DNA of 64,000 nt from Candidatus Omnitrophota bacterium. Lineage in GTDB: Bacteria > Omnitrophota > Omnitrophia > Omnitrophales > Aquincolibacteriaceae. The DNA lies in contig JAUYMS010000048.1 in the NCBI GenBank assembly GCA_030698625.1, forward strand, positions 218,404-282,403. The letters run 5' to 3'. The first letter of the stretch is position 1. The number at the start of each line of letters is the position of its first letter. The notes beneath the pieces are model-generated. The model worked only from the letters and a program-made list of their open reading frames with translations. It had not been told where the DNA came from and ran no database searches. Shown here one piece after another: positions 51,867 to 61,138 of the stretch. The translations under genes were made by a program, and so were the position numbers.

Positions 51867-52088
51867 ATGCTCTACTCAGCAATGATTCTTGGGGCTTTGA
51901 CCTTGGTCTTTGGCTGCTTACTCCTATTTGGCCGGGAGAAGCTGAAGGCGATGAGTGATAAGCTCAACCGCGTTGTACTTGCGGAAACCTGGATGTGGGA
52001 CCACCGGGTCGCCATCGGAATTCTCTTGATCGGGCTCTCGGGTTTTCTTTTTGCCGGGGCCTACTTCCTGGTGAAGTTCAACTCATAA
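51867..52088 (+). CDS. small membrane protein (74 aa, two transmembrane helices), unknown function
   Basis: An AAAGGA ribosome-binding site lies 8 nt before the ATG at 51867. It has two hydrophobic helices. The ORF track extends it upstream. Confidence 0.5.
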   Translation: MLYSAMILGALTLVFGCLLLFGREKLKAMSDKLNRVVLAETWMWDHRVAIGILLIGLSGFLFAGAYFLVKFNS

Positions 52089-52154
52089 AAATCCGCCAAA
52101 ATTCCCGTCTAAACATTTCCCTGATATCTCCGATATTTAATACGAGCCCTAAGG

Positions 52155-52191
52155 AACAGAGAACAGGGAAGTGCTCCTAACTTGTTCTCAG
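52155..52191. promoter_or_regulatory. imperfect inverted repeat cAGAGAACAgg-n14-cTTGTTCTCAG upstream of the MerR-type gene: candidate operator
   Basis: The arms GAGAACA (52159-52165) and TGTTCTC (52183-52189) are exact, and 9 of 11 positions match over the extended arms. It lies about 45 nt upstream of ATG 52234. Confidence 0.4.
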
Positions 52192-52233
52192 TTACCGATC
52201 CGAGAAACCCTTGGCCTCAAGGAGAGTCTATCT

Positions 52234-52476
52234 ATGAAACGTTTAATGCGCCGCACGGAATTAGCGAGGGCACTCGGCACAACCCCGCCCACGGTGAAGT
52301 ATTACACCTCTCTCGGGCTTTTCCCAGTTGAGAAGAAGACCGACCACGGCCAATACTTATACAACTACGAAGCGGTCAAAGGGCGATATGTGCGAATTCT
52401 TGAGTTGAAAGAAAAGCGTTTGAGGATTGATGAAATCAAAGACCGCTTAAGAATAGAAGTCTTAATCCAGAACTGA
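52234..52476 (+). CDS. small MerR-family HTH transcriptional regulator
   Basis: An AAGGAGAG ribosome-binding site precedes the ATG at 52234. The N-terminus MKRLMRRTELARALGTTPPTVKYYTSLGL is a MerR-type HTH. The C-terminal helix is short and the protein is about 80 aa. Confidence 0.7.
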   Translation: MKRLMRRTELARALGTTPPTVKYYTSLGLFPVEKKTDHGQYLYNYEAVKGRYVRILELKEKRLRIDEIKDRLRIEVLIQN

Positions 52477-52507
52477 TTCAGCAAAAAACTCCGCGAAGGA
52501 GGCCAAA

Positions 52508-53338
52508 ATGAAGACCATTGCCATTGCAAACCAGAAGGGTGGATGCGGTAAGACCACAACTGCCGTCAATCTCAGCGCTTGTCTCGCACAGCGAGGGTGC
52601 CGCGTCCTGCTCGTCGACCTCGATCCCCAGGCACACGCGACTCTGGGTGTCGGGATTGATCCGTACAAATTGGAGGAATCCGTCTACGACGTCCTCCTTA
52701 AACCGGACCGTTCGGTGCAGGATATCGTCCGGCGTACCGAGGTCAAAAACCTGTGGGTTGCGCCGTCGAACATTCTGCTTTCGGGTGCCGATATCGAGTT
52801 GGTCAATCGCATGGGACGCGAGAGGGTTCTGGAGGAGGTCTTTTCGAATGTTACAACTCTGTATGACTACGTCATCATCGACTGTGCGCCTTCCCTGAGC
52901 CTGCTCACCGTGAATGCCATGAATTTTGTGCAGGAGATCCTTATCCCGATTCAGGCCCATTACTATGCCATGGAGGGCATGAAGCAGCTCTTCAGCACCA
53001 TCGATGAAGTCAAAAAGCGCCTAAACCCCGATCTGAAAATCCTAGGCATTCTGTTGACCATGGTGGACACGCGCACGAACATCTGCCGGGAAGTCGTCCG
53101 AGGGGTTCGTGATTATTTTCAGGATAAGGTTTTTAAGACTGAAATCCACATCAACGTAAAATTAACCGAAGCGCCGAGTGCCGGTAAACCCATTACGGTC
53201 TATGACCCCTGTTCGGTAGGGGCAAAGGAATACGAAGATTTGGCCAGCGAGGTTCTCGGCGTCGAGAAGGAAGTTCCTCGGGAAACGACAACCGCACCCC
53301 AAGGAGAAACGGTCTTCCATGGCGAAGAAGCGGTCTAG
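52508..53338 (+). CDS. ParA/MinD-family P-loop ATPase
   Basis: Deviant Walker A motif KGGCGKTTTAVNL, together with DLDPQ and IIDCAPSLS. The protein is 276 aa. It lies between the pseudopilin genes and the PilM-like gene. Confidence 0.85.
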   Translation: MKTIAIANQKGGCGKTTTAVNLSACLAQRGCRVLLVDLDPQAHATLGVGIDPYKLEESVYDVLLKPDRSVQDIVRRTEVKNLWVAPSNILLSGADIELVNRMGRERVLEEVFSNVTTLYDYVIIDCAPSLSLLTVNAMNFVQEILIPIQAHYYAMEGMKQLFSTIDEVKKRLNPDLKILGILLTMVDTRTNICREVVRGVRDYFQDKVFKTEIHINVKLTEAPSAGKPITVYDPCSVGAKEYEDLASEVLGVEKEVPRETTTAPQGETVFHGEEAV

Positions 53339-55058
53339 CGGCCTTAGCAAGAAAATACCGGCGATATTTCAAGGTGTTCCCGACATCGAATCGACTTCGC
53401 GGCGGGCGTCCGCTCAGGAGCACCGTGCACAGAGCGGCACGAAAAAGGGCTTCGGAGCACGGCGCGCCCCCGGAACCTTTCGTATCCTGTTTGAAGTAGG
53501 CGGTTCTACTGCCAAGGCAATGGGTGTTGCGAAGCGGGGCGGGCGATGGACAGTCGTCGAATGCCGGACGTTTCATGCGCTTACGGACAAGCAAGGAAAA
53601 GTTGACTTCAAATGGGATGAACTCGGCAAGTGGATCGCCGAGACAACGGCGGAAATTGCGGGCAACTCGTCCTATGAAGCACGTTTACTGCTTGTAGATT
53701 CAGGGATTTATTTAGGGGAGACAGAAAGGCCGGACGTTGCGGCGAAGGAGCTCAAGGAAGCCTTGATATGGCAGGTTGCCGAAAATCTTCCTTTTCCCGC
53801 CGAAGAGTCGACGCTCCGCTTTGAAGAGCATGAAGACAAGGTCCTTGTTGCGGCGGTAGAGAATGTCTATTTAGAGACCGTTTTAAAGTGTTTCCACAGT
53901 GCCGATGTCTATCCGGCTGTGGTGACTTTACTGCCGGTTGCTTATCAGGCCCTCAACGACCAATATGCACCCATTACATCGGGCAATGTTATGGTTATCC
54001 ACATCTCAAAGTTCCGCACTTTTATTTTGGCCTTTCGCGGCGGGGTCTTTCACTCAATACGCGAGCTATCGCTTGGCGGAGATCATATTACGCAGGCCAT
54101 GATGGGTACCCTTGTCGTGGATGCCAATCAAATCAACATTGGTTATGATGAGGCTCAGGCGCTCAAAGAGTCCCTCGGTCTTCCGACCCACAACCTCATG
54201 CCGGACCCCAGCGAACCGAAGCATTCCCAACTCTCAGCGAGAATTCGACCTATCTTCGAGAAAATGGCCAGCGAATTTCGCAGCTCGAGCACTCAATTTG
54301 AACAGGCGATCGGCGGCGAGAAGGTAGAATCGATTTTTCTGGCCGGCGGTGGCGCCGAAATGAATGGCATTCAGGAATATTTTTCCGGTCAATTGAATTT
54401 GCCGGTTAAAAATCTCGATCTCTCGAGCGTTGACCCTTCGTTAAGTACTGCATTGGCCGGTGTGGCAGGCATGGCCTTTGTTCCCGAAAATCGTCTGAAT
54501 TTTGCAAGCACGGAAGACCGCTTGAAGCCGCGCTTTGAAAAGTATCGCGACATTCTAAAGATTGTCATGCTGGGGATAGGGGGTCTCTTATGCCTGGTCT
54601 TGTTGGGTCTGGGGATGCAGATTGTGGGCAAGAAGCAGGAGCTCCGGGAACAGCATGCGGCTTTCCGTGAGATGGGCGGTAGTGATGAAAAGCTAATTCA
54701 GCTCGACTTTATGCTGGAAAAAATCACGGCGACGAAGGATTTGCGCAAAAGCGTAATCAAGCCCGATCCGCCTCATGGCACCGTACTGCGTGAATTAAGC
54801 CACCTGGTAATGCCGGCAATGGTATTTCGCGAGATGGACTTTCGGAGGGCTCCGAGCCCGACAGCGCAGTTTAAAGGGATTATTCAATTGGGGCCGCGTT
54901 CTCCGGACATCATCCTATCGGAATTTCTCGAGGGCTTGAACAAATCATCCGTGTTCCGCGATGCCCGCCTCACATCCCGCAGCGGGTCCGAAGAGGGGAC
55001 TGCAGGTGAATTGCAGTTCAACGTTCAAACGGAATTGGTGGTGGGCGATGAATCTTAA
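53319..55058 (+). CDS. PilM(actin-like)-TM-PilN fusion, GspL-like inner-membrane assembly protein with a ~55-aa basic N-terminal extension
   Basis: An AAGGAG ribosome-binding site precedes the ATG at 53319. A PilM-like actin fold (FEVGGSTAKAMGV...) is followed by the single transmembrane helix ILKIVMLGIGGLLCLVLLGLGM and a periplasmic PilN-like domain. Confidence 0.75.
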   Translation: MAKKRSSGLSKKIPAIFQGVPDIESTSRRASAQEHRAQSGTKKGFGARRAPGTFRILFEVGGSTAKAMGVAKRGGRWTVVECRTFHALTDKQGKVDFKWDELGKWIAETTAEIAGNSSYEARLLLVDSGIYLGETERPDVAAKELKEALIWQVAENLPFPAEESTLRFEEHEDKVLVAAVENVYLETVLKCFHSADVYPAVVTLLPVAYQALNDQYAPITSGNVMVIHISKFRTFILAFRGGVFHSIRELSLGGDHITQAMMGTLVVDANQINIGYDEAQALKESLGLPTHNLMPDPSEPKHSQLSARIRPIFEKMASEFRSSSTQFEQAIGGEKVESIFLAGGGAEMNGIQEYFSGQLNLPVKNLDLSSVDPSLSTALAGVAGMAFVPENRLNFASTEDRLKPRFEKYRDILKIVMLGIGGLLCLVLLGLGMQIVGKKQELREQHAAFREMGGSDEKLIQLDFMLEKITATKDLRKSVIKPDPPHGTVLRELSHLVMPAMVFREMDFRRAPSPTAQFKGIIQLGPRSPDIILSEFLEGLNKSSVFRDARLTSRSGSEEGTAGELQFNVQTELVVGDES

Positions 55059-55650
55059 CGCATCGATCAAGCTGCCCCCTGGCTCCGCTGCCCTGCTTCG
55101 CATGGCAGTGAGGACGCAATTCGCGCATTGGGCAGCGGCCGTAATTGTCTCATTGGCTGTTGCCGTAACGGTTGTTGTTTTGCCGCTGACAAGGCATCTG
55201 AGGGTGCTCCATGAGCGTGTCGAGAAAGTTCAGGTGAAGATGGAAAAGGTAGAGGGGATCTCGCGCGGAGCTCGGGATTTCAACAGAATATTGGATGAAC
55301 TTTCCGACGAATTCCGCGAGCTCAAAACGCAAGTGCTTCAGCCCGGGGAGCAGGCCAAGGTCATTTCATTACTGACACAGACCGCCGAAGATCTGAATAT
55401 CACAATCTTGAGCATGAACCCCATTTTGAAGAAAGAGACCGCGGAAGCAGGGGAAGAGAAAAAGATCCGTCCGGCCCTCTTCGAGGTAGAAATGTCCTGT
55501 CATTATAAAACCCTGGGTGTCTTTTTTGAGCGATTAACGGCAGCTCCGTTGATTCTTACGGTCGAAGGTTTCGACGCGCGGCCTGAGGTGCCGAATGCAC
55601 CCGTGCTTAATGTCCGCCTCTTGGTGGCGGCGTATGTCGAGTGGCTATGA
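55048..55650 (+). CDS. PilO/GspM-like bitopic assembly protein
   Basis: The ATG at 55048 overlaps the upstream stop. The protein has an N-terminal transmembrane helix, a coiled coil and a periplasmic domain. Confidence 0.65.
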   Translation: MNLNASIKLPPGSAALLRMAVRTQFAHWAAAVIVSLAVAVTVVVLPLTRHLRVLHERVEKVQVKMEKVEGISRGARDFNRILDELSDEFRELKTQVLQPGEQAKVISLLTQTAEDLNITILSMNPILKKETAEAGEEKKIRPALFEVEMSCHYKTLGVFFERLTAAPLILTVEGFDARPEVPNAPVLNVRLLVAAYVEWL

Positions 55651-56039
55651 TGAAGGCGAGCCGAGCAGCGAAATTTTTGGGGTTAATCGCGGTGATTGCG
55701 TGGGCGGTATTTGAGGGCCCCGCGGTGTCCGTTAACGCAGCTGTTGAAGGAGGAATGATTCAGCGCGGCTGGGGAAGGGATCCGTTTGTTCCCCTCGATT
55801 ACGAGCGGGCAGCGGTAGCGGCCAAAGAGAAGCTCATGCCGGAGGCGGAGACTAAAGATGAAAGTTATTGGCTTTCGGGTGTGCTCTATCGCAAAGGGCG
55901 CAGCGTTGCGATCATTAACCGGGTTTTGGTGCGAGAGGGTGATGAAATCTTCGGTGCGAAAGTCGTTAAGATATTGCCGGACCGTGTTCTGATGAGTAAA
56001 GCAGGCAAAGAAATCATAATTCGATTGGGCGTGGGATGA
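55647..56039 (+). CDS. PilP/GspC-like periplasmic protein
   Basis: A signal or anchor sequence, with a C-terminal beta domain (...GVLYRKGRSVAIINRVLVREGDEIFGAKVVKILPDRVLM) typical of PilP. Confidence 0.6.
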   Translation: MMKASRAAKFLGLIAVIAWAVFEGPAVSVNAAVEGGMIQRGWGRDPFVPLDYERAAVAAKEKLMPEAETKDESYWLSGVLYRKGRSVAIINRVLVREGDEIFGAKVVKILPDRVLMSKAGKEIIIRLGVG

Positions 56040-57787
56040 GACATTCATTCGTGAAGAAAATCTTTGGAATCAGCCTCAGCTTCATGATGGCTCTGACCGG
56101 TCCAGGGTTAGTCCGGGCGGAAGTTACGGGGCCGCAATTCGGCCAAAACGGGGCCGGCGAGGAGGATACTTACCTGCAACTCCACAACGCGGATATTCAG
56201 GACGTGCTTCGTCTTATCGCGGAGGAATATGATCTTAACATTGTCATCGCTGACGATGTTGTCGGCACGATTTCAATGCGTCTTAAACGTGCGACTCTTG
56301 TCAACACGCTTGATGCGATTCTTCTTGCACGCGGTTATGATTATGACATCCACGACAACATCATTCGCGTGGCACCCGTCGCCATTGTTGATGCCGAGCG
56401 GGCCAAGCGCGTGGATAAGCAAGAGTTGGAGGCCTTGGTTCCGGAAGTCATTGCTCTGAGTTATCTTGATGCCAACGACATCCTTGGGGTGGTTCAGTCG
56501 CTACTCACATCGCGCGGGTCCGTTCGGGCTCTGGAACGGCGCGCTCATAAGGGATTCCGTTTCGGGTCGGGATCCTCCGGTGACACCGGGGGTTCTTCCT
56601 CGTCGGGAGGGAACTCTGCGTCTTCCGGAGGTGATTTCGGCGGGCTCATCAGGTCGCGCGTCGAGGGCGATAACGACAAGCCGCGCTCAAATACCTTGCT
56701 TGTGGTTGATATCCGATCTCAGATTGAGCGGATCAAAGAAGTGATTCGTGAAGTTGATGTGGCTCCGCAACAAGTTCTGATTGATGCCAGAATCCTTGAG
56801 GTCGATACCGACACGCTCGAAGACCTCGGTCTCGATTTTAACAGTGAGAATTCTTTGACTGCGAGCGGAGATAAGAGCAACGCCCTGAACTTTGACCTTA
56901 ACAGCGATACTTCCTCCACGGGTGTCAATTCAGGCATTTTCACGACCGCCTTTCCGGGGGCATCAGATGCCGGGCTACGCACGATCTTCCGCCGTTTAAA
57001 CGGAGAAGATTTCACGGCGATATTGCATCTCCTTTTACAGGATGAACGGACTAAGACGCTTTCGGCGCCCAAGATTTTAACCATAGAAAATCAGGAGGCA
57101 GCCATTCTGGTCGGTGAGCAATTTCCGATCTTTGAGTCGAATGTCTCCGATCAGGGTACGGTTACTGAAACCCTGTCGTTTTTTCAACCGATCGGCATCA
57201 GCTTGCAGGTTCTTGTCCAGGTCACTCCGAATAAAGATATCAACATGATCATCCATCCGACAGTAAGCTCTATCGGAGCCTTTGTGACGGGAACGAGCGG
57301 GCTGACTCAGCCGCGAATCAATATCCGCGAAGCCGATACGCGCGTACTTATCAAGAACGGAGAAACGCTGGTAATCGGAGGCCTGCTTGAGGATATTGTC
57401 GATGAGAAAAAATATGGTATCCCTTTCCTGAAGGATATGCCCCTCGTGGGGAATCTGTTCACACGCAGACAAGTTGACATCGATCAGCGCAACTTGCTTA
57501 TCTTTATTACACCGCGTGTTGTCGGTTTGGATGATGCAGCGCTTTCTGAGACCGAACAGCTGACTTATCAGGCGCTCGAAGACCCGGCCGCATACGGTTT
57601 TCTCCACGAGCGGCGCTCAACGATCGACAGCATTTTCGAGGGCGCAAAAACGAACTTTGAAACGGGTCATCCTACCGTTGCCCGCGCACAATTCCTGCGC
57701 GTGTTAAGTCTGGACCCGCATCACAAGGGGGCTATCAAGCATCTTAAGGAGTTGGAGGCCCTGCCGCGGGAGCGGCCCATTGGGTAA
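56036..57787 (+). CDS. secretin (GspD/PilQ family) outer-membrane channel
   Basis: A signal peptide, then N-domains, a Gly/Ser-rich linker and the secretin domain (...VLIKNGETLVIGGLLED...GIPFLKDMPLVGNLF...LLIFITPRVV). Confidence 0.9.
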   Translation: MRHSFVKKIFGISLSFMMALTGPGLVRAEVTGPQFGQNGAGEEDTYLQLHNADIQDVLRLIAEEYDLNIVIADDVVGTISMRLKRATLVNTLDAILLARGYDYDIHDNIIRVAPVAIVDAERAKRVDKQELEALVPEVIALSYLDANDILGVVQSLLTSRGSVRALERRAHKGFRFGSGSSGDTGGSSSSGGNSASSGGDFGGLIRSRVEGDNDKPRSNTLLVVDIRSQIERIKEVIREVDVAPQQVLIDARILEVDTDTLEDLGLDFNSENSLTASGDKSNALNFDLNSDTSSTGVNSGIFTTAFPGASDAGLRTIFRRLNGEDFTAILHLLLQDERTKTLSAPKILTIENQEAAILVGEQFPIFESNVSDQGTVTETLSFFQPIGISLQVLVQVTPNKDINMIIHPTVSSIGAFVTGTSGLTQPRINIREADTRVLIKNGETLVIGGLLEDIVDEKKYGIPFLKDMPLVGNLFTRRQVDIDQRNLLIFITPRVVGLDDAALSETEQLTYQALEDPAAYGFLHERRSTIDSIFEGAKTNFETGHPTVARAQFLRVLSLDPHHKGAIKHLKELEALPRERPIG

Positions 57788-57791
57788 GGCT

Positions 57792-58172
57792 TTAGGCGGG
57801 GGAAGTCTCTCCTAGTAATTCTTTGACCTTGTTGAGCAATACTTCGGACTGGAAGGGTTTGGTGAGATAGGCATTGGCACCGACCTGCATTCCCGCTTTC
57901 CTCTCATCGTCCTGAACTTTTGCGCTGCACATCATAATCGGAATCTGTTTGAACTGGTCGTCGAGTTTCAGGATCTGAGCGACACGATACCCGTCCATCT
58001 TAGGAAGCATGACATCCAAGATGATAAGATCAGGTTTTTCGCTGCGCGCTTTATGAAGACCTTCTTGGCCGTCCATGGCCGTAATGACTTCATAGCCGTT
58101 CGCCTTAAGACGAGCCTGCATGATCGTCAAAATCGGAGCCTCATCGTCAACAACTAATATCTTTTTTCCCAC
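57792..58172 (-). CDS. single-domain response regulator (REC only)
   Basis: Contains ILVVDDEAP...DLIILDVMLPKMDG...TKPF. It converges on the end of the secretin gene. Confidence 0.85.
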   Translation of the reverse strand: MGKKILVVDDEAPILTIMQARLKANGYEVITAMDGQEGLHKARSEKPDLIILDVMLPKMDGYRVAQILKLDDQFKQIPIMMCSAKVQDDERKAGMQVGANAYLTKPFQSEVLLNKVKELLGETSPA

Positions 58173-58189
58173 CCGAAATTTTAAAACCC

Positions 58190-58555
58190 TTATCCTATTA
58201 ATTCAGTAACCTTCGAGATTAATAATTCGGGATCACATGGCTTTGTCAAATAGGCTTCGGCTCCCGTCAGTCGCCCGGTCTCCCTGTCTTGTTCCTGAAC
58301 CTTTGCCGTCAGAAAGATGATCGGGATGCCCTTATACAGATCGTCGAGCTTTAGCATTTTGGCGACACGGTATCCGTCCATCTTCGGCATCATGACATCC
58401 AGGATAATCAGATCCGGTTTGTCAGCTCTCGCCCGACTCAGACCCTCCTGCCCGTCTGAGGCCGTGATGGTTTCGTAGCCGTGCGCTTGAAGCCTGGAGG
58501 CGATTAACTTCAAAATTGTTGGTTCGTCGTCGACGATCAGAATTTTCTTAGGCAT
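58190..58555 (-). CDS. single-domain response regulator (REC only), tandem paralogue of the 57792 gene
   Basis: Contains ILIVDDEPT...DLIILDVMMPKMDG...TKPC. It is more than 60% identical to its neighbour by eye. Confidence 0.85.
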   Translation of the reverse strand: MPKKILIVDDEPTILKLIASRLQAHGYETITASDGQEGLSRARADKPDLIILDVMMPKMDGYRVAKMLKLDDLYKGIPIIFLTAKVQEQDRETGRLTGAEAYLTKPCDPELLISKVTELIG

Positions 58556-58776
58556 TTTGACTCGGGATTATCGTACCACTTTGACGGTGCATGGACATCG
58601 GAATACAAGGAATGCGATTATAAAGAGGCCCCCAGGGGAATGCAATCGCTAATGGCGGGCCAAGTGGGCGCTCCTAGGGCCCTCTAGACAAATAATAGCC
58701 GCTGGGGTATATTATCCCTTCAATGAGATTCGAGTTGGTTCTGGATTATTCATAACCCTAATTAATGGAGTGACTT

Positions 58777-59106
58777 ATGGCAAATGAAAAGATATTTACC
58801 GACGCGAACTTTCAAGCGGAAGTGCTTAAATCAGAGACGCCCGTATTAGTCGATTTCTGGGCCGAGTGGTGTGGTCCTTGCCGCATGCTGGCGCCTGTCA
58901 TCGAGCGTATCGCTACTGCTAACGGTGAGAAACTCGTTGTAGGGAAGCTTAATGTAGATGAGAATCAACAAACCCCGCAGCAATTTGGCATCCAGGGTAT
59001 TCCGACTGTCATCATTTTTAAGGGCGGCAATGTGGCCCGTCAGATCGTGGGATTTCAGTCCCAAGAGAATATTCAAAAAGCCGTAGACGAAACGCTCGAG
59101 GCTTAA
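58777..59106 (+). CDS. trxA: thioredoxin
   Basis: A WCGPC active site; the protein is 109 aa. Confidence 0.93.
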   Translation: MANEKIFTDANFQAEVLKSETPVLVDFWAEWCGPCRMLAPVIERIATANGEKLVVGKLNVDENQQTPQQFGIQGIPTVIIFKGGNVARQIVGFQSQENIQKAVDETLEA

Positions 59107-59122
59107 TTTAAGGAGATTTGCA

Positions 59123-60133
59123 ATGAAGATATCAGCAGGAAAACTTAGAGGAATGGAAGCCTTGAGCGATGCCTCAGGTATTATTAGTGCCGCGGCCATG
59201 GACCAGCGCGGTTCTTTAAAAAAAGCGATTGCCAAGGAAAAGGGCGTGGACCCGAAAGAGATTACGTCAGAAATGATGGCGGAATTCAAAGTGGCTGTTT
59301 GTAAGGTTCTCACGCCGCATGCCAGCGCCATTCTGTTGGATCCCGAGTACGGTCTTCCGGCCGTCCGAGCCAAAGCGCCGAATGCAGGCGTTCTGCTGGC
59401 CTACGAAAACAGCGGTTATGATAATACGCGCCCCGGTAGAATTCCCGAGCTGCTTGACGATGTAACCGTTCGGCAGTTGGCGCAAGCCGGCGCCGATGCC
59501 ATTAAGATTCTGCTTTATTACACGCCCTTTGAATCGAAAGAAGTTAACGCTTTTAAACACGCCTGGACGGAGCGTATTGGCGCCGAGTGCGCAGATCGTG
59601 ATATCCCGTATTTCCTGGAATTTGTCGGCTATGATCCTGCAGGCGGGGATGTGAATACGTTGGAATATGCCAAGAAGAAGCCCGAGATCGTGGCCGCAAG
59701 CATGCAGGAGTTTTCAAAGCCGCAGTATCAAGTAGATGTGCTCAAGGCCGAGATCCCGGTGAACATGAAGTTCACGGAGGGCACCAAATCTTACAAGGGC
59801 GAGAAGGCTTACAGCAAAAGCCAGGCTCTCGATTATTACCGCAATACGGCAAAGGTAACGCGGAAGCCGTTTATCTACTTGAGTGCCGGTGTGGACGACG
59901 ATGAGTTCCGCGAGAGCCTCGAATTGGCAGCAGAGGCCGGTGTTGCGTACAATGGTGTCCTTTGCGGTCGCGCTACTTGGAAAGAAGGTATTCCTGTTTA
60001 CGCAAAGCAGGGAGTCAAGGCGTTGGAGGCTTGGCTCAGCGACCGTGGCGTCAAGAATATCAAGGCGCTCAATGACGTATTGGCCAAGGGAGCAAAGCCT
60101 TGGGCCGCGGCATACGAATCGGCATCGGCCTAA
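59123..60133 (+). CDS. class I aldolase of the LacD/tagatose-1,6-bisphosphate aldolase family
   Basis: The N-terminus MKISAGKLRGMEALSDASGIISAAAMDQRGSL resembles LacD (…KLRHLQQLSDDNGIISALAFDQRG…). An AAGGAG ribosome-binding site is present. Confidence 0.65.
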   Translation: MKISAGKLRGMEALSDASGIISAAAMDQRGSLKKAIAKEKGVDPKEITSEMMAEFKVAVCKVLTPHASAILLDPEYGLPAVRAKAPNAGVLLAYENSGYDNTRPGRIPELLDDVTVRQLAQAGADAIKILLYYTPFESKEVNAFKHAWTERIGAECADRDIPYFLEFVGYDPAGGDVNTLEYAKKKPEIVAASMQEFSKPQYQVDVLKAEIPVNMKFTEGTKSYKGEKAYSKSQALDYYRNTAKVTRKPFIYLSAGVDDDEFRESLELAAEAGVAYNGVLCGRATWKEGIPVYAKQGVKALEAWLSDRGVKNIKALNDVLAKGAKPWAAAYESASA

Positions 60134-60175
60134 TCGTACTCGCCTGCGTGACCCCTAGCCCGTCTTATGGGACTA

Positions 60176-61138
60176 ATGAAATATCGGCAGTTGGGCCGCA
60201 CCCAACTCAAAATTTCTGAAGTCGGTTTCGGTTGTTGGGCAATCGGCGGTTCTAGTTATGGGCCAACGAAAGACGAAGAATCCCTCGAAGCCTTAGAGGT
60301 CGCGCGTGATCATGGCATCAACTTCTTAGACACGGCGGATACCTACGGGCACGGTCATAGCGAAGAACTGATTGCGCGCTTTTTGAAGGGAAAACCCCGA
60401 GAATCAATCATCATAGCTTCCAAGGTAGGGTGGGATTTCTACCACGGAGGTGCCCGCAAGAATTTCGATCCCGGATATATTCGGTTTGCCTGTGAGGAGA
60501 GCCTCAAGCGTTTAGGCATTGAAACGCTGGATCTTTATCAACTGCACAACCCGAAGGTTGAAGAGATTGAGCGCGAAGAAGCTGTGGGGGTGTTGGAACA
60601 GCTGAAGCGGGAAGGGAAAATCCGTTTTATCGGCATATCCATCGGCCGGCAGGATGAGGCCTATGCCGCACTTGAAGACCCGCGGGTGGATGCCATTCAG
60701 TTGATCTTCAACATGATTGACCAGCGCATGGCTGACGGTGTTTTTGAGCTGGCCGCCGGCAGGAAGGTCGGCATTATTGCACGGGAGCCCTTGGCCTGCG
60801 GCATTTTAACGGGAAAGTACGGGGCGGAGCATGAATTCGCCAAGGACGACCATCGCCGTCGTTGGAACAAAGAGAAGATGGCGCTTGATATTGAGAAATT
60901 GAAGAAGATTCAGCAAATCGTGTCGTCGGACCGCATGTCTATTGTGCGTGCGGCGTTGGAATACGTGTTACACTTTCCGGAAGTGAGCACGGTGATTCCG
61001 GGGGCAAAGACTAAGGAACAGGTCCTGGAGAATTTAAAGGCAACGCTCGATCCAAAGCTGCGCATTCAAGAGGCCTCGCACCTGCGCGATTTGTATGACC
61101 GAGACGAAATTTTCTCAAAAGGACTTATACCAAGCTAA
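60176..61138 (+). CDS. aldo/keto reductase
   Basis: Contains MKYRQLGRTQLKISEVGFGCWAIGG, DTADTYG and an AKR fold. Confidence 0.85.
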   Translation: MKYRQLGRTQLKISEVGFGCWAIGGSSYGPTKDEESLEALEVARDHGINFLDTADTYGHGHSEELIARFLKGKPRESIIIASKVGWDFYHGGARKNFDPGYIRFACEESLKRLGIETLDLYQLHNPKVEEIEREEAVGVLEQLKREGKIRFIGISIGRQDEAYAALEDPRVDAIQLIFNMIDQRMADGVFELAAGRKVGIIAREPLACGILTGKYGAEHEFAKDDHRRRWNKEKMALDIEKLKKIQQIVSSDRMSIVRAALEYVLHFPEVSTVIPGAKTKEQVLENLKATLDPKLRIQEASHLRDLYDRDEIFSKGLIPS

